DNA of 64,000 bases from Candidatus Uhrbacteria bacterium RIFCSPLOWO2_01_FULL_47_17 (GCA_001791305.1 MGEI01000005.1:44488-108487), one strand, 5' to 3'; shown: positions 10,399-22,350, numbered from the stretch's first letter. A program made the numbers and translations. Notes: generated from the letters alone by a model not told the origin.

Positions 10399-11340
10399 TT
10401 ATATTCGTTTACGAAACCATTCGACGGTCTTCGCGAGTCCGTCATCAAACTTGGTCTTAGGTTCCCAGTCGAGAGCAGTGCGCGCCTTGCGCGCGTCGAG
10501 AACACTTCGCATCACTTCGCCCTTCGCGGGTTTGCCGTGTTGTTCTGGTAATTTGTACCCAATCAATTTCGCGAGTTTCTTGAATACCGTATTAATATCT
10601 GTTTCTCGACCTGTGCCGATATTAAACTCACCAACCACATTCTTTTGCGCCGCGAGCAAGTTCGCGCGAACAATATCACCCACATAAACGAAATCACGTG
10701 TTTGTTTTCCCGTTCCGTTGATCACAACCGATTTGCCTGCAAGCATTGCTGTTGCGAACATCGAGATCACACCCGCTTCGCCTTTTGCGTTTTGTCGTGG
10801 ACCAAAGACATTTGCATAACGAAGGGCGACGTAAGGCACGCCGTGAAGTTGGTGCATGAACGCAAGATACATTTCGGACGCACGCTTAGAGATTCCATAA
10901 GGCGAAATCGGCTGTGCGGGAATCGTTTCAGCATACGGCATTTTTGCTGTTTCTGGATACATCACTCCCCCGCTCGAGGAAAACACAATCTTCTTCACGC
11001 CGATTTCTTTCGCCACACTCAAAATGGCGAGAAGGCCCATGATGTTTGTCTTTGCATCCTCAACCGGATTCTCTACAGACTTGCGGACGTTAATCTGCGC
11101 CGCCAAATGAAAAATCACATCCGGCTTCACTTTTTTGAGATAGTCAACAAACGCGGGCGCGTTCACAGAAAGTTTCGTGAAACTCGCATTCGGATTCACG
11201 TTCGACTTCTGTCCGCTCGACAAATCATCGACAACATAAACTTTGATGCGCCGTGAAACGAGCGCATCCACAATGTGCGAGCCGATAAAGCCGGCGCCAC
11301 CGGTGACGAGAGCGGATTTGAATTTCATATACTGTGTCAT
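10399..11340 (-). CDS. NAD-dependent epimerase/dehydratase (UDP-glucose 4-epimerase GalE-like, SDR family)
   Basis: N-terminal Rossmann motif TGGAGFIGSH and catalytic YxxxK (PYGISK); 313 aa. Confidence 0.85.
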   Translation of the reverse strand: MTQYMKFKSALVTGGAGFIGSHIVDALVSRRIKVYVVDDLSSGQKSNVNPNASFTKLSVNAPAFVDYLKKVKPDVIFHLAAQINVRKSVENPVEDAKTNIMGLLAILSVAKEIGVKKIVFSSSGGVMYPETAKMPYAETIPAQPISPYGISKRASEMYLAFMHQLHGVPYVALRYANVFGPRQNAKGEAGVISMFATAMLAGKSVVINGTGKQTRDFVYVGDIVRANLLAAQKNVVGEFNIGTGRETDINTVFKKLAKLIGYKLPEQHGKPAKGEVMRSVLDARKARTALDWEPKTKFDDGLAKTVEWFRKRI

Positions 11341-11435
11341 TCCGACCGAGGAGTCATCGACGAGTGGAGGAATCTTGCGCTTTTTAAACGTGGGATCCCT
11401 CGGCTGCGCTTCGCTCCGCTCGGGATGACAGAAAA

Positions 11436-12564
11436 TTATTCTTTATTTTCCTTTGCGAATCTGTCTGACTTCCCAAGCTCTCTTCGAAGATACGCTTCCA
11501 TAAACGGCTCAAGTGCGCCTTCGAGGACTCCTTCTGCATCCGTCGTCTCGTAATCGGTTCGGTGATCCTTCACGAGTTTATACGGATGAAGCACGTAACT
11601 GCGAATTTGATTTCCCCATTCGGCGGATTGATAATCGCCACGTAATTCCAGCTTTTGTTTTTTTTGTTCTTCGAGTTTGAGTTGATACAATTTTGCGCGC
11701 AGAATCTTCATGGCGGTTTCTTTGTTTTGCAATTGCGAACGTTCGTTTTGACACGCAACCGCAATTTTGGTCGGAAGATGGACGATGCGCACCGCCGAAT
11801 ACGTTGTGTTCACGCTTTGCCCTCCTTTTCCTCCCGAGAGATACGTGTCGATACGCAAATCTTTTGGATCGATTTCGAGATCTTCGATCTCATCGAGTTC
11901 TGGAATCACCTCGACAAGCGCGAATGTTGTGTGACGCATCTTCTCTGCGTCGAAAGGAGAGATGCGGACGAGACGATGAACACCCGCTTCGGACTTGAGA
12001 TATCCGTACGCATATCGACCCGTCACGCGAACCATCACACTTTTGATACCGACATCCTCGGCTCGAGACTCGTCGAGAATCGTCATCTCGAATCCTTTTT
12101 GTTCCGCAAAACGCGCATACATACGAAGAAGCATTTGCGTCCAATCTTGTGCCTCTGTTCCTCCGCTTCCTGCGTGGATCGCAAGAATCGCGGTTGTGTC
12201 GTCATGCTCGCCCGAGAAGAGGGTAGTGAATTCCATTTTTGAGAAGCGCGCTTCGAGCGCTTCGAGCTTAGAAGCAATCTCATCATGCATCGAAGTGTCA
12301 TTATTCTCATCACCAAACTTTGCGAGTTCGAGAAGCTCATCGACCTCAGCAATGAACAATTCCCAAATTGAAAGTTCACTTCGAAGATCCGCGGCGTGTT
12401 TGCTCACAGTCTTTGCGTTTTGTGTGTCATTCCAAAAATCCGGAGCGGCCATTTGCGCTTCAAGCGCGGCCACCGTTGTTTTTACGGTATCAAGGTCAAA
12501 GTAACCCCCACGTTCGAAGAGCTCGATCGCGGAGGGCTTGGATTAATTTCAGCAACTCTTTCAT
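11436..12564 (-). CDS. prfB: Peptide chain release factor 2 (PrfB) with programmed +1 ribosomal frameshift
   Basis: SPF and GGQ motifs in the main ORF (11436..12473). The upstream frame starts at ATG 12564 and reads MKELLKLIQALRDRALRTWGLL up to the CTT TGA C shift site preceded by the SD-like GGGGG. The +1 frame then continues as DLDTVKTTVAALEAQMAAPDFW. Confidence 0.9.
12493..12501 (-). other. prfB +1 frameshift site (CTT TGA C preceded by the internal Shine-Dalgarno GGGGG)
   Basis: Read directly on the minus strand: tgggggttaCTTTGACc. Confidence 0.85.
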
Positions 12565-12589
12565 AGTGCGGTTATCATAGCAAAATACA

Positions 12590-12626
12590 ATGGAAAAACA
12601 AAAGACAGGGCTTAACCCCTGTCTTT
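12590..12626 (-). terminator. Intrinsic terminator downstream of groEL
   Basis: Hairpin gacaggg-cttaac-ccctgtc followed by a T-tract on the minus strand. Confidence 0.6.
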
Positions 12627-12633
12627 CTGTCTT

Positions 12634-14545
<1,912 letters not shown>

Positions 14546-14573
14546 AGAAAGGATAATTAAGAACCGAGGAATC

Positions 14574-14600
14574 TTAGCACTCTATTCACGTAAGTGCTAG
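14574..14600 (-). promoter_or_regulatory. CIRCE operator (HrcA-binding inverted repeat) upstream of groES
   Basis: TTAGCACTC-N9-AAGTGCTAG against the consensus TTAGCACTC-N9-GAGTGCTAA. It lies between the putative promoter and the groES start. Confidence 0.8.
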
Positions 14601-14607
14601 CGGGGAT

Positions 14608-14635
14608 ATTTTATCGAAGAAAATAAAGGTGTCAA
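14608..14635 (-). promoter_or_regulatory. Putative sigma70-type promoter of the groES-groEL operon
   Basis: On the minus strand: TTGACA, 16-nt spacer, TAAAAT, located just upstream of CIRCE. Confidence 0.5.
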
Positions 14636-14666
14636 GAATCAAAAAACCCACGCAGAATGCGCGGGT

Positions 14667-15488
14667 TTAGGACTGTTTGGTTTCAAGGTGCAATGCGGTT
14701 ACAAGCTGATCGAACTTCTCTTTGTTCATCTTTTTTGGAAGCTTTACGCGTGCTTTGTTGAACCAACATACCATTCGTGAACGCATTCGATTACTTTTCA
14801 CCAAATCCTTAAACCATCCAACTTCGAAGGAAAGATTACCGTTATCCGGATCTCCATCTTCTCCGACCCCGAGGAAGTCAAGAACGCTTACAAGAAAATC
14901 GCTCATGCGATCGTCGTCTGGCCTTTTTGCACGCGGGCGTTTGGCCATGGCAAGAAATGCGGAGACTTCGAAACGGTATTGTTCATGCTTATTCGTGCCA
15001 CTCTCAACAAATTTCATCCATACGGAGACATCACCGAGTTCAAAATGCCAAAGTGCAGACTCTGCAGTTTCGCGTAAACTTTGTGGCTGAGTAATATAGT
15101 AAGGCCACGTTTTGTGTTCGTGAAGTTCCTCGATCAATTCAATGAGTATCTGTTCAAACCAAGAAAGATCTTCGTTTGAGAAATCAAGGATTCGATGTGA
15201 CCCTCGCATATACTCGATCAGAGCAAGCATACTAAACGGATCCGCACCGCCACGATCAGAAGTGATACTCAATTTTCCTTTTGCACGTTCTTCTCTCAAA
15301 AGATCAATGGTTGCCGCCGCAGACAACTGACGAATCGGCTTCTTACGCTCTTTGCGAATCATTTCGGACTTCGCATTAAGAGCCATGGATGATCGATCAT
15401 GATTCCATGTGTACAGATCGCATTTGATCCAAATCTTGAAGGCTTCAAGCGTTTGCTCGGACGGAAGCGCAAGAGAGTCAAGAGACAT
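14667..15488 (-). CDS. Hypothetical protein
   Basis: 273-aa ORF with a clean ATG. No recognisable motif. Confidence 0.55.
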   Translation of the reverse strand: MSLDSLALPSEQTLEAFKIWIKCDLYTWNHDRSSMALNAKSEMIRKERKKPIRQLSAAATIDLLREERAKGKLSITSDRGGADPFSMLALIEYMRGSHRILDFSNEDLSWFEQILIELIEELHEHKTWPYYITQPQSLRETAESALWHFELGDVSVWMKFVESGTNKHEQYRFEVSAFLAMAKRPRAKRPDDDRMSDFLVSVLDFLGVGEDGDPDNGNLSFEVGWFKDLVKSNRMRSRMVCWFNKARVKLPKKMNKEKFDQLVTALHLETKQS

Positions 15489-15645
15489 GAGGAACTCCTT
15501 GTATCACGTGAGAAGCGTGATGAAGTAAACTATCAGATAATTGGAAAAAGTCAACTATTAAATCAAAAAAACGTCCTTTTGGGACGGATTGAGTCATTTA
15601 TTTCTCTTATTCTGGAAACTACCATTGATATTCCGTCTAAAGCGT

Positions 15646-16596
15646 TTATTTCAATGCTTGTTGTTTAGGAACGCGAAGACAGGAATATTGAAGTAGCTTG
15701 TCGCTCATATTGTTCAATCGCCAACGCGAATGCGGAACGAGCAAAACCGGATCGCCTTTTGCGAGACAGATTGGATCGAGCGATGAATCGCTCAAAACTA
15801 GCTCCCCTTCCCCGTCCGTTACGTACAATGAGACGAAATCATTCTCACATTCGATGGAGCGACTTTGTTGCGGCTCGATCGAAACGCGCGAAGCGACGAA
15901 TTCGTTTGACTGATGAAGCACAACCTCGCTATCGATCGAAAGCGTTACGTTCGGAAACATGAGTTGACTCAACGCGTTCTCAACGAACCTTTTTGTAAAC
16001 TCTGCCGGAATCGCTTTGCCTTTGTTTTGATCAAACAATCGTTGCACCATGTCCGTTGACACGTTTGCGTATTCCTCGAGAATGCATCCGATCGCTGTAT
16101 GAACAATGCCGGTTCGATCAATTTTTACAACATCGCCAAGTTGCGGATATTTTTTAAATGCATCGTAATCCTGCGATGCACTCCCCGCAAACCATTCCGC
16201 GAATTTCTGTTCATCAAAGACCTGATTCCATTCATCCGCTGTGCAAATAAAGACGTATCCGCCCGAAAGAACCGAAAGAACATAAAACAATTCAACCTTA
16301 AACTCAAGATGATTTTGAAAACTAAACCCTTCGCCTTCGTTAAGCAAAAAGATTGAATAGCCAAGTGGTGTACAGCATTTCACTCCGTAGGATTTGTACT
16401 TGCGGAGCAACCCCATGTCTTTTTGAATGCGAGCAATCTCGATCGCGATCGCAGGATCGTTTGGAAACGCGTCGATCAACTGACAAACAAGAGACTTGAA
16501 TTGTGCTTCAAGTTCTTCGAGTTGTGCAATCGGCATATCATCTCGCATGAGAACTGATACACGTTTCAATTCTGCGATGAGCAAAGCTGAGTCCAT
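15646..16596 (-). CDS. Hypothetical protein, possible double cupin-like fold
   Basis: Two segments resemble cupin motifs (GEGFSFQNHLEFKVELFYVLSGG and LYVTDGEGELVLSD...GDPVLLVPHSRW). This is a weak, by-eye assignment. Confidence 0.5.
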   Translation of the reverse strand: MDSALLIAELKRVSVLMRDDMPIAQLEELEAQFKSLVCQLIDAFPNDPAIAIEIARIQKDMGLLRKYKSYGVKCCTPLGYSIFLLNEGEGFSFQNHLEFKVELFYVLSVLSGGYVFICTADEWNQVFDEQKFAEWFAGSASQDYDAFKKYPQLGDVVKIDRTGIVHTAIGCILEEYANVSTDMVQRLFDQNKGKAIPAEFTKRFVENALSQLMFPNVTLSIDSEVVLHQSNEFVASRVSIEPQQSRSIECENDFVSLYVTDGEGELVLSDSSLDPICLAKGDPVLLVPHSRWRLNNMSDKLLQYSCLRVPKQQALK

Positions 16597-16636
16597 AATC
16601 ACCTAATTTTATCGAATGTATTTCGACCCGAAAATA

Positions 16637-17935
16637 CTACTGTTTTAAATGAAATGGGTCAACCGTTGCGAATCGTAACGAGAGAGCAAACACCATCACC
16701 ACAAGCGCAATCCCTGGCCACATCGAGAATGCGTAATGATCAAATGCAGCGAGAATAAGGAGTTCAAGCGCGAGGGTGATTGCAAAAATTCCGCCCGTTG
16801 TTTTTCGCTTCTCCCAAACCGATCGTCCTAACTCATACAAAAAATATCCAAACGCGATGATGCCGATGATGCCGAGTTCGGCGAGCAGCAAAAGAAATGC
16901 ATTATGAATCGGCTGATAGCTCCAAGATGGTTGGCCTTGCGAAATGTGCTCGAGGGCGAAAACGTAAGCGCCAGGACCGACACCGACGATGGGACTAATC
17001 TTAAAAACATCGCCGAACGTTTGATATTGCGATGCGCGTTCTTCGATGGAAACTGCTTCGACGTGAAGCGCGGGATTAAATCTCGCGAGTATGTGCGAGT
17101 GCAGCATGCTGATTGCAAGCAGAATCGTGATAAGCCCGATCGACAAAAGCGGGATTGCACGGTGAGGTGTGAGACGTTTGTGCCAGAACGCTTGTCCAAG
17201 ACAAACCACGAGTCCGATCGTAAGCGCAAGCCAGGCGCCGCGCGAGAACGTCAGGATCAGCGTCGAGGTAAACAACGCGATCATCAAAACCTGTACCCAC
17301 CCCTGCCAACTCTTCAAACTTTTCAGACCTATTCGACCTTTCCAACCTTTCAGAACGATTGCGAGCGCGAGGTACCCGCCGAAAATGTTTGGATGCGGAA
17401 ATGAGCCATACGCTCGAAGAGATCGAAATGTATCTGTCGCAACCACGGCAACTCCCCCCGTTTCGACATGTTTCTGAGCGAGGCCGAGAATGGTGAGCGC
17501 GGGACTGAAACCGGTGAGGTATTGAATCCAACCGAGAATACAGGGCAAAACAAGTCCAGCGAGAAATGTGTGGATGACGTGCGGAATGTTTGTGCGGTCG
17601 TCGAGAATCAAGAGGAAAAGCATTCCCCCGGCAACGAGGTGACTGAGCCAACCAAGGCTGATCGAGAAAACTCGAGAATATGTAAGGGAAAGAAAACAAG
17701 CCGCAAAGAAAATAAAGAGGGCTCGTACAACATTTTTAAACGCGAGATTCGCAAGAGGTCTGCCTCGAAGAAAAAAAGCAGTGGCAATAAAAATCTCGAC
17801 GACATAGACGCCAAGGTTGCCGTAAACCGTCGGTCCCTCGGGCAAAGAAAACATTCGATACAATAAAATCGCTTGCCACGGAAGCAAGAAGAGGGCGGCC
17901 GTTAAAAATCCGTTCGCGATTTTTTGTCGGTTCAT
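16637..17935 (-). CDS. O-antigen ligase/polymerase-family (Wzy/WaaL-like) polytopic membrane protein
   Basis: About 10-12 predicted TM helices with a large loop, typical O-antigen-ligase family architecture. The first ATG is at 17935. Confidence 0.65.
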   Translation of the reverse strand: MNRQKIANGFLTAALFLLPWQAILLYRMFSLPEGPTVYGNLGVYVVEIFIATAFFLRGRPLANLAFKNVVRALFIFFAACFLSLTYSRVFSISLGWLSHLVAGGMLFLLILDDRTNIPHVIHTFLAGLVLPCILGWIQYLTGFSPALTILGLAQKHVETGGVAVVATDTFRSLRAYGSFPHPNIFGGYLALAIVLKGWKGRIGLKSLKSWQGWVQVLMIALFTSTLILTFSRGAWLALTIGLVVCLGQAFWHKRLTPHRAIPLLSIGLITILLAISMLHSHILARFNPALHVEAVSIEERASQYQTFGDVFKISPIVGVGPGAYVFALEHISQGQPSWSYQPIHNAFLLLLAELGIIGIIAFGYFLYELGRSVWEKRKTTGGIFAITLALELLILAAFDHYAFSMWPGIALVVMVFALSLRFATVDPFHLKQ

Positions 17936-17936
17936 A

Positions 17937-18878
17937 TCAGGCAATCATTTTTTGAATCAATTCTTGATACGTCTTTTCAAACTCCGCACGACGATCCGTC
18001 ACATGAAATTTTAACAACTGATCATTTATCACAACACGCGAGTCTTTATTTTCCAACTGGCGAATGGCAAGCGGAAACCGTTTGCGTTGGATGGAGCGGT
18101 AGAGGGGCTCGAGGGGAGGCAATGTCGGAACGGGCGCCTTGCCTGCCGGCAGGCAGGAAGAGGATTGGTGAAGTGGGTGTACGTATCTTGAAGAAACATT
18201 TGGAAGCGCGTGGTTAGCCCAAGGATTCGCATGTGTGAGCACACGAAATTCCTCGCCACGGTCATACAATGGAACAAGTGATTTCAGCCAGAACGTAAAT
18301 TCGTGATCCCCTTCTGGAAAGCGAAGATGCTCGAGGGCAAGCGCATCATGCGACACAAAAAAACTAAAACAGAATGGATCTTGTTTTGATGCACCTGGTC
18401 TAACGCCAAACAAAATAAACGGCAGGACCATCCAAAAACGCGTGGACCAAATGCTTCCGGGTTTTGTAATGACAAATAAATCAATATCACTTTGTTCATT
18501 TGTGTTCCACCACGCAATCGAATTTACCGCTCCGACCGCATAGACACTCGAAAACAATCGAAAATACTTCATGGCACGGCGCAATTTGTAAAATTTCTTT
18601 ACCGCATTCATGTAATTTTTCGATCTGGTTTCTCTGAGGCCCTCAAAACTCATCAGAGGCTTTGCAGCTCCACCAATCACATAAAATCCACCCTGTTCAA
18701 TCATCCTCGACCTCACCCACTCACTCGAGTTGATGACCCGATACACTTCGGACAAATCATACGCACGCGCGGGATCAATCAACCACTTCCAAATCTCAAA
18801 CCCTGTTACGGGACGCGCAGAAATAGAAAACCAACAAAGAGTACGGATAATGGATTGTTCGAGATCGGTGGAGGGCAT
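17937..18878 (-). CDS. Hypothetical protein with pol-beta-type nucleotidyltransferase-like motif
   Basis: Motif GAVNSIAWWNTNEQSDIDLFVI resembles the hG[GS]...[DE]h[DE]h minimal NTase signature. The start is set at ATG 18878, which follows a GGAG-like sequence. The ORF is adjacent to the O-antigen-ligase gene with a 1-nt gap. Confidence 0.5.
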   Translation of the reverse strand: MPSTDLEQSIIRTLCWFSISARPVTGFEIWKWLIDPARAYDLSEVYRVINSSEWVRSRMIEQGGFYVIGGAAKPLMSFEGLRETRSKNYMNAVKKFYKLRRAMKYFRLFSSVYAVGAVNSIAWWNTNEQSDIDLFVITKPGSIWSTRFWMVLPFILFGVRPGASKQDPFCFSFFVSHDALALEHLRFPEGDHEFTFWLKSLVPLYDRGEEFRVLTHANPWANHALPNVSSRYVHPLHQSSSCLPAGKAPVPTLPPLEPLYRSIQRKRFPLAIRQLENKDSRVVINDQLLKFHVTDRRAEFEKTYQELIQKMIA

Positions 18879-19007
18879 AGGGGAAGGGCGGAAAAGGCGG
18901 AGAGAGCGATAAAGACAGGGCACAATGGAACTATGGTAACACAAAAGCAGGATTTAAATCCTGCTTTGTTTGTTTATTTCTTTCGCCTTTGCCGCCCTTT
19001 CCGCCTT

Positions 19008-19745
19008 TTATTTCCCCTTTCCACTCTTCCCATCCAACCCCTTAAACACCCACCATTGCTGTGCAATCGAGAACACGGTCACGACGACCCAGTACAGAGT
19101 GAGTCCACCCGGAAGCTTCATTCCAATGACAATGGTCATGATTGGCATCATGTACATCATGGACTTGTTCATGCTTGCGAGCATGGATTCGTCTTTTGCT
19201 CCTTCAGTTTTTGCCACCTGTTTTGGCGGTTGGCGCTGCATAAGCATGCGCGTTTGGAAAAACTGGAGGACACCGGCAAGGACCGCGAGCCACAGATTGT
19301 TTTTTTCAAGATCAATGAGTCCAAGAAAAATCGTGTTGATGTGTCCTGGATTTTGAATCCATGTATAAAGTTGATTGAGAGCCGTTGCGTCAAATCCATG
19401 AAACAAGACTTGATACAATGCAATCAAGACAGGAAGTTGAACGATGATTGGGAGACAAGATGCAAGTGGATTCACTTTTTCATCTTGATACAACTGCATC
19501 ATGGCTTTTGAGAGTGCTTCTTTGTTGTCACCATGTTCTTTTTTGAGCACGTCGAGCTTTGGCTGCAACTCTTGCATGGCCTTTTGCGATTTCAAACTGG
19601 AACTCATGAGCGGCCAAAGCGCGAACTTAATGAGAATGGTAAGCGCAATGATAGCAAACCCAACATCAGCTCCTGGAATCACGTTGTACAAAAATACAAG
19701 AAGATTGAAGATTGGCTGCAAAAGGAACGTGTAGAAGATGTTCAT
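19008..19745 (-). CDS. yidC: Membrane protein insertase YidC (short Gram-positive-like form)
   Basis: 245 aa, five hydrophobic segments, conserved YidC/Oxa1 core, positively charged C-terminus. Confidence 0.85.
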   Translation of the reverse strand: MNIFYTFLLQPIFNLLVFLYNVIPGADVGFAIIALTILIKFALWPLMSSSLKSQKAMQELQPKLDVLKKEHGDNKEALSKAMMQLYQDEKVNPLASCLPIIVQLPVLIALYQVLFHGFDATALNQLYTWIQNPGHINTIFLGLIDLEKNNLWLAVLAGVLQFFQTRMLMQRQPPKQVAKTEGAKDESMLASMNKSMMYMMPIMTIVIGMKLPGGLTLYWVVVTVFSIAQQWWVFKGLDGKSGKGK

Positions 19746-19748
19746 ACA

Positions 19749-21068
19749 TTATTCTTGTGTTACCTCTGGGGCTTTTTCAACTTCTGGTGTTTCTGATTTC
19801 TCTTCAGCTTTTTCCTCTGCTTGGACAGGTACAAGATCAGCCCCTACCGCTGCGTCTACGACCGGTTCTGCGGATTCCACGACTTCATCTTTATCTTTTT
19901 CCACGATGTTAATTTTCCATCCGGTTAATTTTGCGGCAAGACGCACGTTCTGTCCGCCTTTTCCGATTGCAAGTGAGAGTTGATCGGTCGCAACGCTTAC
20001 GGATGCAACTTTGGCTTCTTCATTTACATCCACGTGGAAAATTTTTGCGGGTGACAACGCGTTTGTAATAAACGCAACAGGATCTTTGTTCCATTCAATA
20101 ATATCCACTTTTTCTCCACCGAGTTCTGCAATGATGGTCTGAATACGGCTTCCGCGTTGACCAATACATGCTCCGATTGGATCAATCGAATTGTCATCGG
20201 TTCCAACGGCAACCTTCGAGCGTGAACCTGCTTCACGTGCAATGGATTTAATTTCAACCGTCTTTTCCTCGATCTCCGGAATTTCCACTTCAAACAATTT
20301 CTTGACCATTTCATCTGCGGTGCGAGACAACAAAATTTCTGGGCCTTTGGTCGTAAGTCCAACTTGGCGAACATAAACCTTGATTCTGTCACCTGTGTTG
20401 TAACGCTCGTTTGGATTTTGATCTTCTGGGCGCATGATTCCGGTTGTACGACCAAGATCAACAAGGACAACACGACCTTCACGACGCTGAACGGTTCCTT
20501 GCATCATTTCGCCTTCATGTTCTTTGAACTCACTAAACACAACTTCACGCTCTGCCTCTCGAAGTTTCTGCGTAATAACTTGTTTGGCGGTCATTGCGGC
20601 CATGCGTCCAAATTCTCCCGCTTCTGGAAGCGGTGTGCGGAGAACATCTCCCACTTTTGCGCCGAACTTCAAAACACGCGCATCAGAAATCATGATGTCT
20701 GTTTTTGGATTAAAGTTTGGACCGTCGTCATCTTCCAAAACAAATGCCGCAGGTTCATCACGACGATCATCTCGACGCTTGCGACCATCTGCGAATTGCG
20801 CAGCCATCGCTTCCGCTTTCACGCGACGTTCTTCTTCAATCTTTGCAAGAACTTCTGGGTCCACATCTTCTACAACGGTTTTCACATCAAAAACACGCGT
20901 TCCACCGGTTTCTGTATCAAACTCAACATCAATGTTTTGGTTTTTATCTCCAAAATCTTTTCGGTACGCAGCACCGAGCGCTGCTTGAATGGCGTCAATC
21001 ACGGATTCATACGCAAGACCTTTTTCTTCACAAATCTGTCGAATGGCTTGTTCAATAGGAGAGGACAT
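19749..21068 (-). CDS. nusA: Transcription termination/antitermination factor NusA
   Basis: N-terminal domain, S1 and tandem KH regions, and an acidic C-terminal tail; 439 aa. Confidence 0.9.
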   Translation of the reverse strand: MSSPIEQAIRQICEEKGLAYESVIDAIQAALGAAYRKDFGDKNQNIDVEFDTETGGTRVFDVKTVVEDVDPEVLAKIEEERRVKAEAMAAQFADGRKRRDDRRDEPAAFVLEDDDGPNFNPKTDIMISDARVLKFGAKVGDVLRTPLPEAGEFGRMAAMTAKQVITQKLREAEREVVFSEFKEHEGEMMQGTVQRREGRVVLVDLGRTTGIMRPEDQNPNERYNTGDRIKVYVRQVGLTTKGPEILLSRTADEMVKKLFEVEIPEIEEKTVEIKSIAREAGSRSKVAVGTDDNSIDPIGACIGQRGSRIQTIIAELGGEKVDIIEWNKDPVAFITNALSPAKIFHVDVNEEAKVASVSVATDQLSLAIGKGGQNVRLAAKLTGWKINIVEKDKDEVVESAEPVVDAAVGADLVPVQAEEKAEEKSETPEVEKAPEVTQE

Positions 21069-21077
21069 AGAAATATG

Positions 21078-21189
21078 TGTAGATACAGATTACAGATCAA
21101 TACAGATGAAGATGATGCAAAACAGATAGTGCAAAAAAGATCTGTCGTCCACTATCCCTATCTGTATTGATCTGTAATCTGTATCTACA
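21078..21189. repeat. 30-bp perfect inverted repeat with a 52-nt spacer in the nusA leader; arms built from TACAGAT heptamer repeats
   Basis: Left arm 21078-21107 is tgtagatacagattacagatcaatacagat. Right arm 21160-21189 is its exact reverse complement. Confidence 0.7.
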
Positions 21190-21260
21190 GCGTTACTACT
21201 TAACAAAGAAACCCGTCATTCAGACAGGTTTCAGATATAAAAATGATACTGGACTTCGCC

Positions 21261-21620
21261 TTACATGTCAATAGCTTCGATGTGGACAATGTTTGGAGGT
21301 GACACATCAAACTCAATCGCGATAACATCCACACGCCACGGAACATTGTTTTGATGATGATCCAAAAGATACTGATCCGCACATGCCGCAAGATGTCGAC
21401 GTTTGGTTGCGGTTACGGCGTCTTCGGGAAATCCGTACTGATCGTCGTTTCTTGATTTCACCTCAACAAAAACCCATTCATCATTTTGTTTACAGACAAG
21501 ATCAATCTCGCCGTAAACACATCGCCATTGGCGATCAATCACGACATACCCCTTCCCTTCCAAATAGTTCGCCGCAAGATCCTCACCCGCATTCCCGAAT
21601 TGTCTGCGAGGATCCATCAT
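21261..21620 (-). CDS. yraN: YraN-family (UPF0102) endonuclease
   Basis: 119 aa with the conserved GE...D...E.K core (GEIDLVCKQNDEWVFVEVKSR). Confidence 0.8.
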   Translation of the reverse strand: MMDPRRQFGNAGEDLAANYLEGKGYVVIDRQWRCVYGEIDLVCKQNDEWVFVEVKSRNDDQYGFPEDAVTATKRRHLAACADQYLLDHHQNNVPWRVDVIAIEFDVSPPNIVHIEAIDM

Positions 21621-21621
21621 A

Positions 21622-22026
21622 TTATTTCTTACGTCCTGGAATATATTTGGATTTTGCGTGCTCTCTTATATTTTTTTCGCGCAAAGCAGGAACTTCTTTC
21701 ATGGCGAATTTCACAAGGAACGCTCCCCATGCCACAAATCCAATCACCCAAAGCGGATACAAAAATCGAGCACCAAATAATTGAATTCCCTCATAGCTAA
21801 AGAAGAAAAGCACGACGCCAATAAAACCCATGGTGAGACTGCATGTAATCACGCGTTTACCAATCAACTTCAGATAACGGTCTGCAGAAGTGTGCATAAG
21901 CACAATCCGACACACAATTCCCACCAAAATAAGGAGGAGAAAAAAACCTAATAACACTTTTCCAGACACGCCGCCCACATTTGCCGCTTGCATCGAAAAC
22001 CAAAAGAGAGGATTGAACATGTTCAT
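21622..22026 (-). CDS. Hypothetical membrane protein
   Basis: 134 aa with 3-4 hydrophobic helices. Confidence 0.5.
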   Translation of the reverse strand: MNMFNPLFWFSMQAANVGGVSGKVLLGFFLLLILVGIVCRIVLMHTSADRYLKLIGKRVITCSLTMGFIGVVLFFFSYEGIQLFGARFLYPLWVIGFVAWGAFLVKFAMKEVPALREKNIREHAKSKYIPGRKK

Positions 22027-22098
22027 AGTACGCTCAAGAATAGTCGATTGTGATGGGATGCGTCAAGGCACGTCGTTCGCGAACGACGTGCCAAGCGA

Positions 22099-22350
22099 TT
22101 ATGTATTTGTCAGAACCTTTGCGGTGCCCCCCAAAATATCAGACATGACATTTGTGGCAATGAAAATGCCGACGAAGACGACCAAAATTCCGATGATTTT
22201 ATAAAACGTGCGAGAACCACCCGAACCAATATACTTTTCCGCAAACTCATTTTGACCAAACCACTCAAACATTTTTTCAGATTTGGAAACGATAAAGTAA
22301 CCAATAACCATAACAATAAAACCAAGAAAAATACGCAAAAATGGATTCAT
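22099..22350 (-). CDS. Small hypothetical membrane protein
   Basis: Two TM helices. The start is ambiguous, with ATGs at 22374 and 22350. Confidence 0.4.
   Translation of the reverse strand: MNPFLRIFLGFIVMVIGYFIVSKSEKMFEWFGQNEFAEKYIGSGGSRTFYKIIGILVVFVGIFIATNVMSDILGGTAKVLTNT

Noticed and set aside
18492-19511. 339-aa plus-strand ORF
   Set aside because: Antisense to yidC and the NTase-like gene. Its composition is typical of shadow ORFs and it has no motif.
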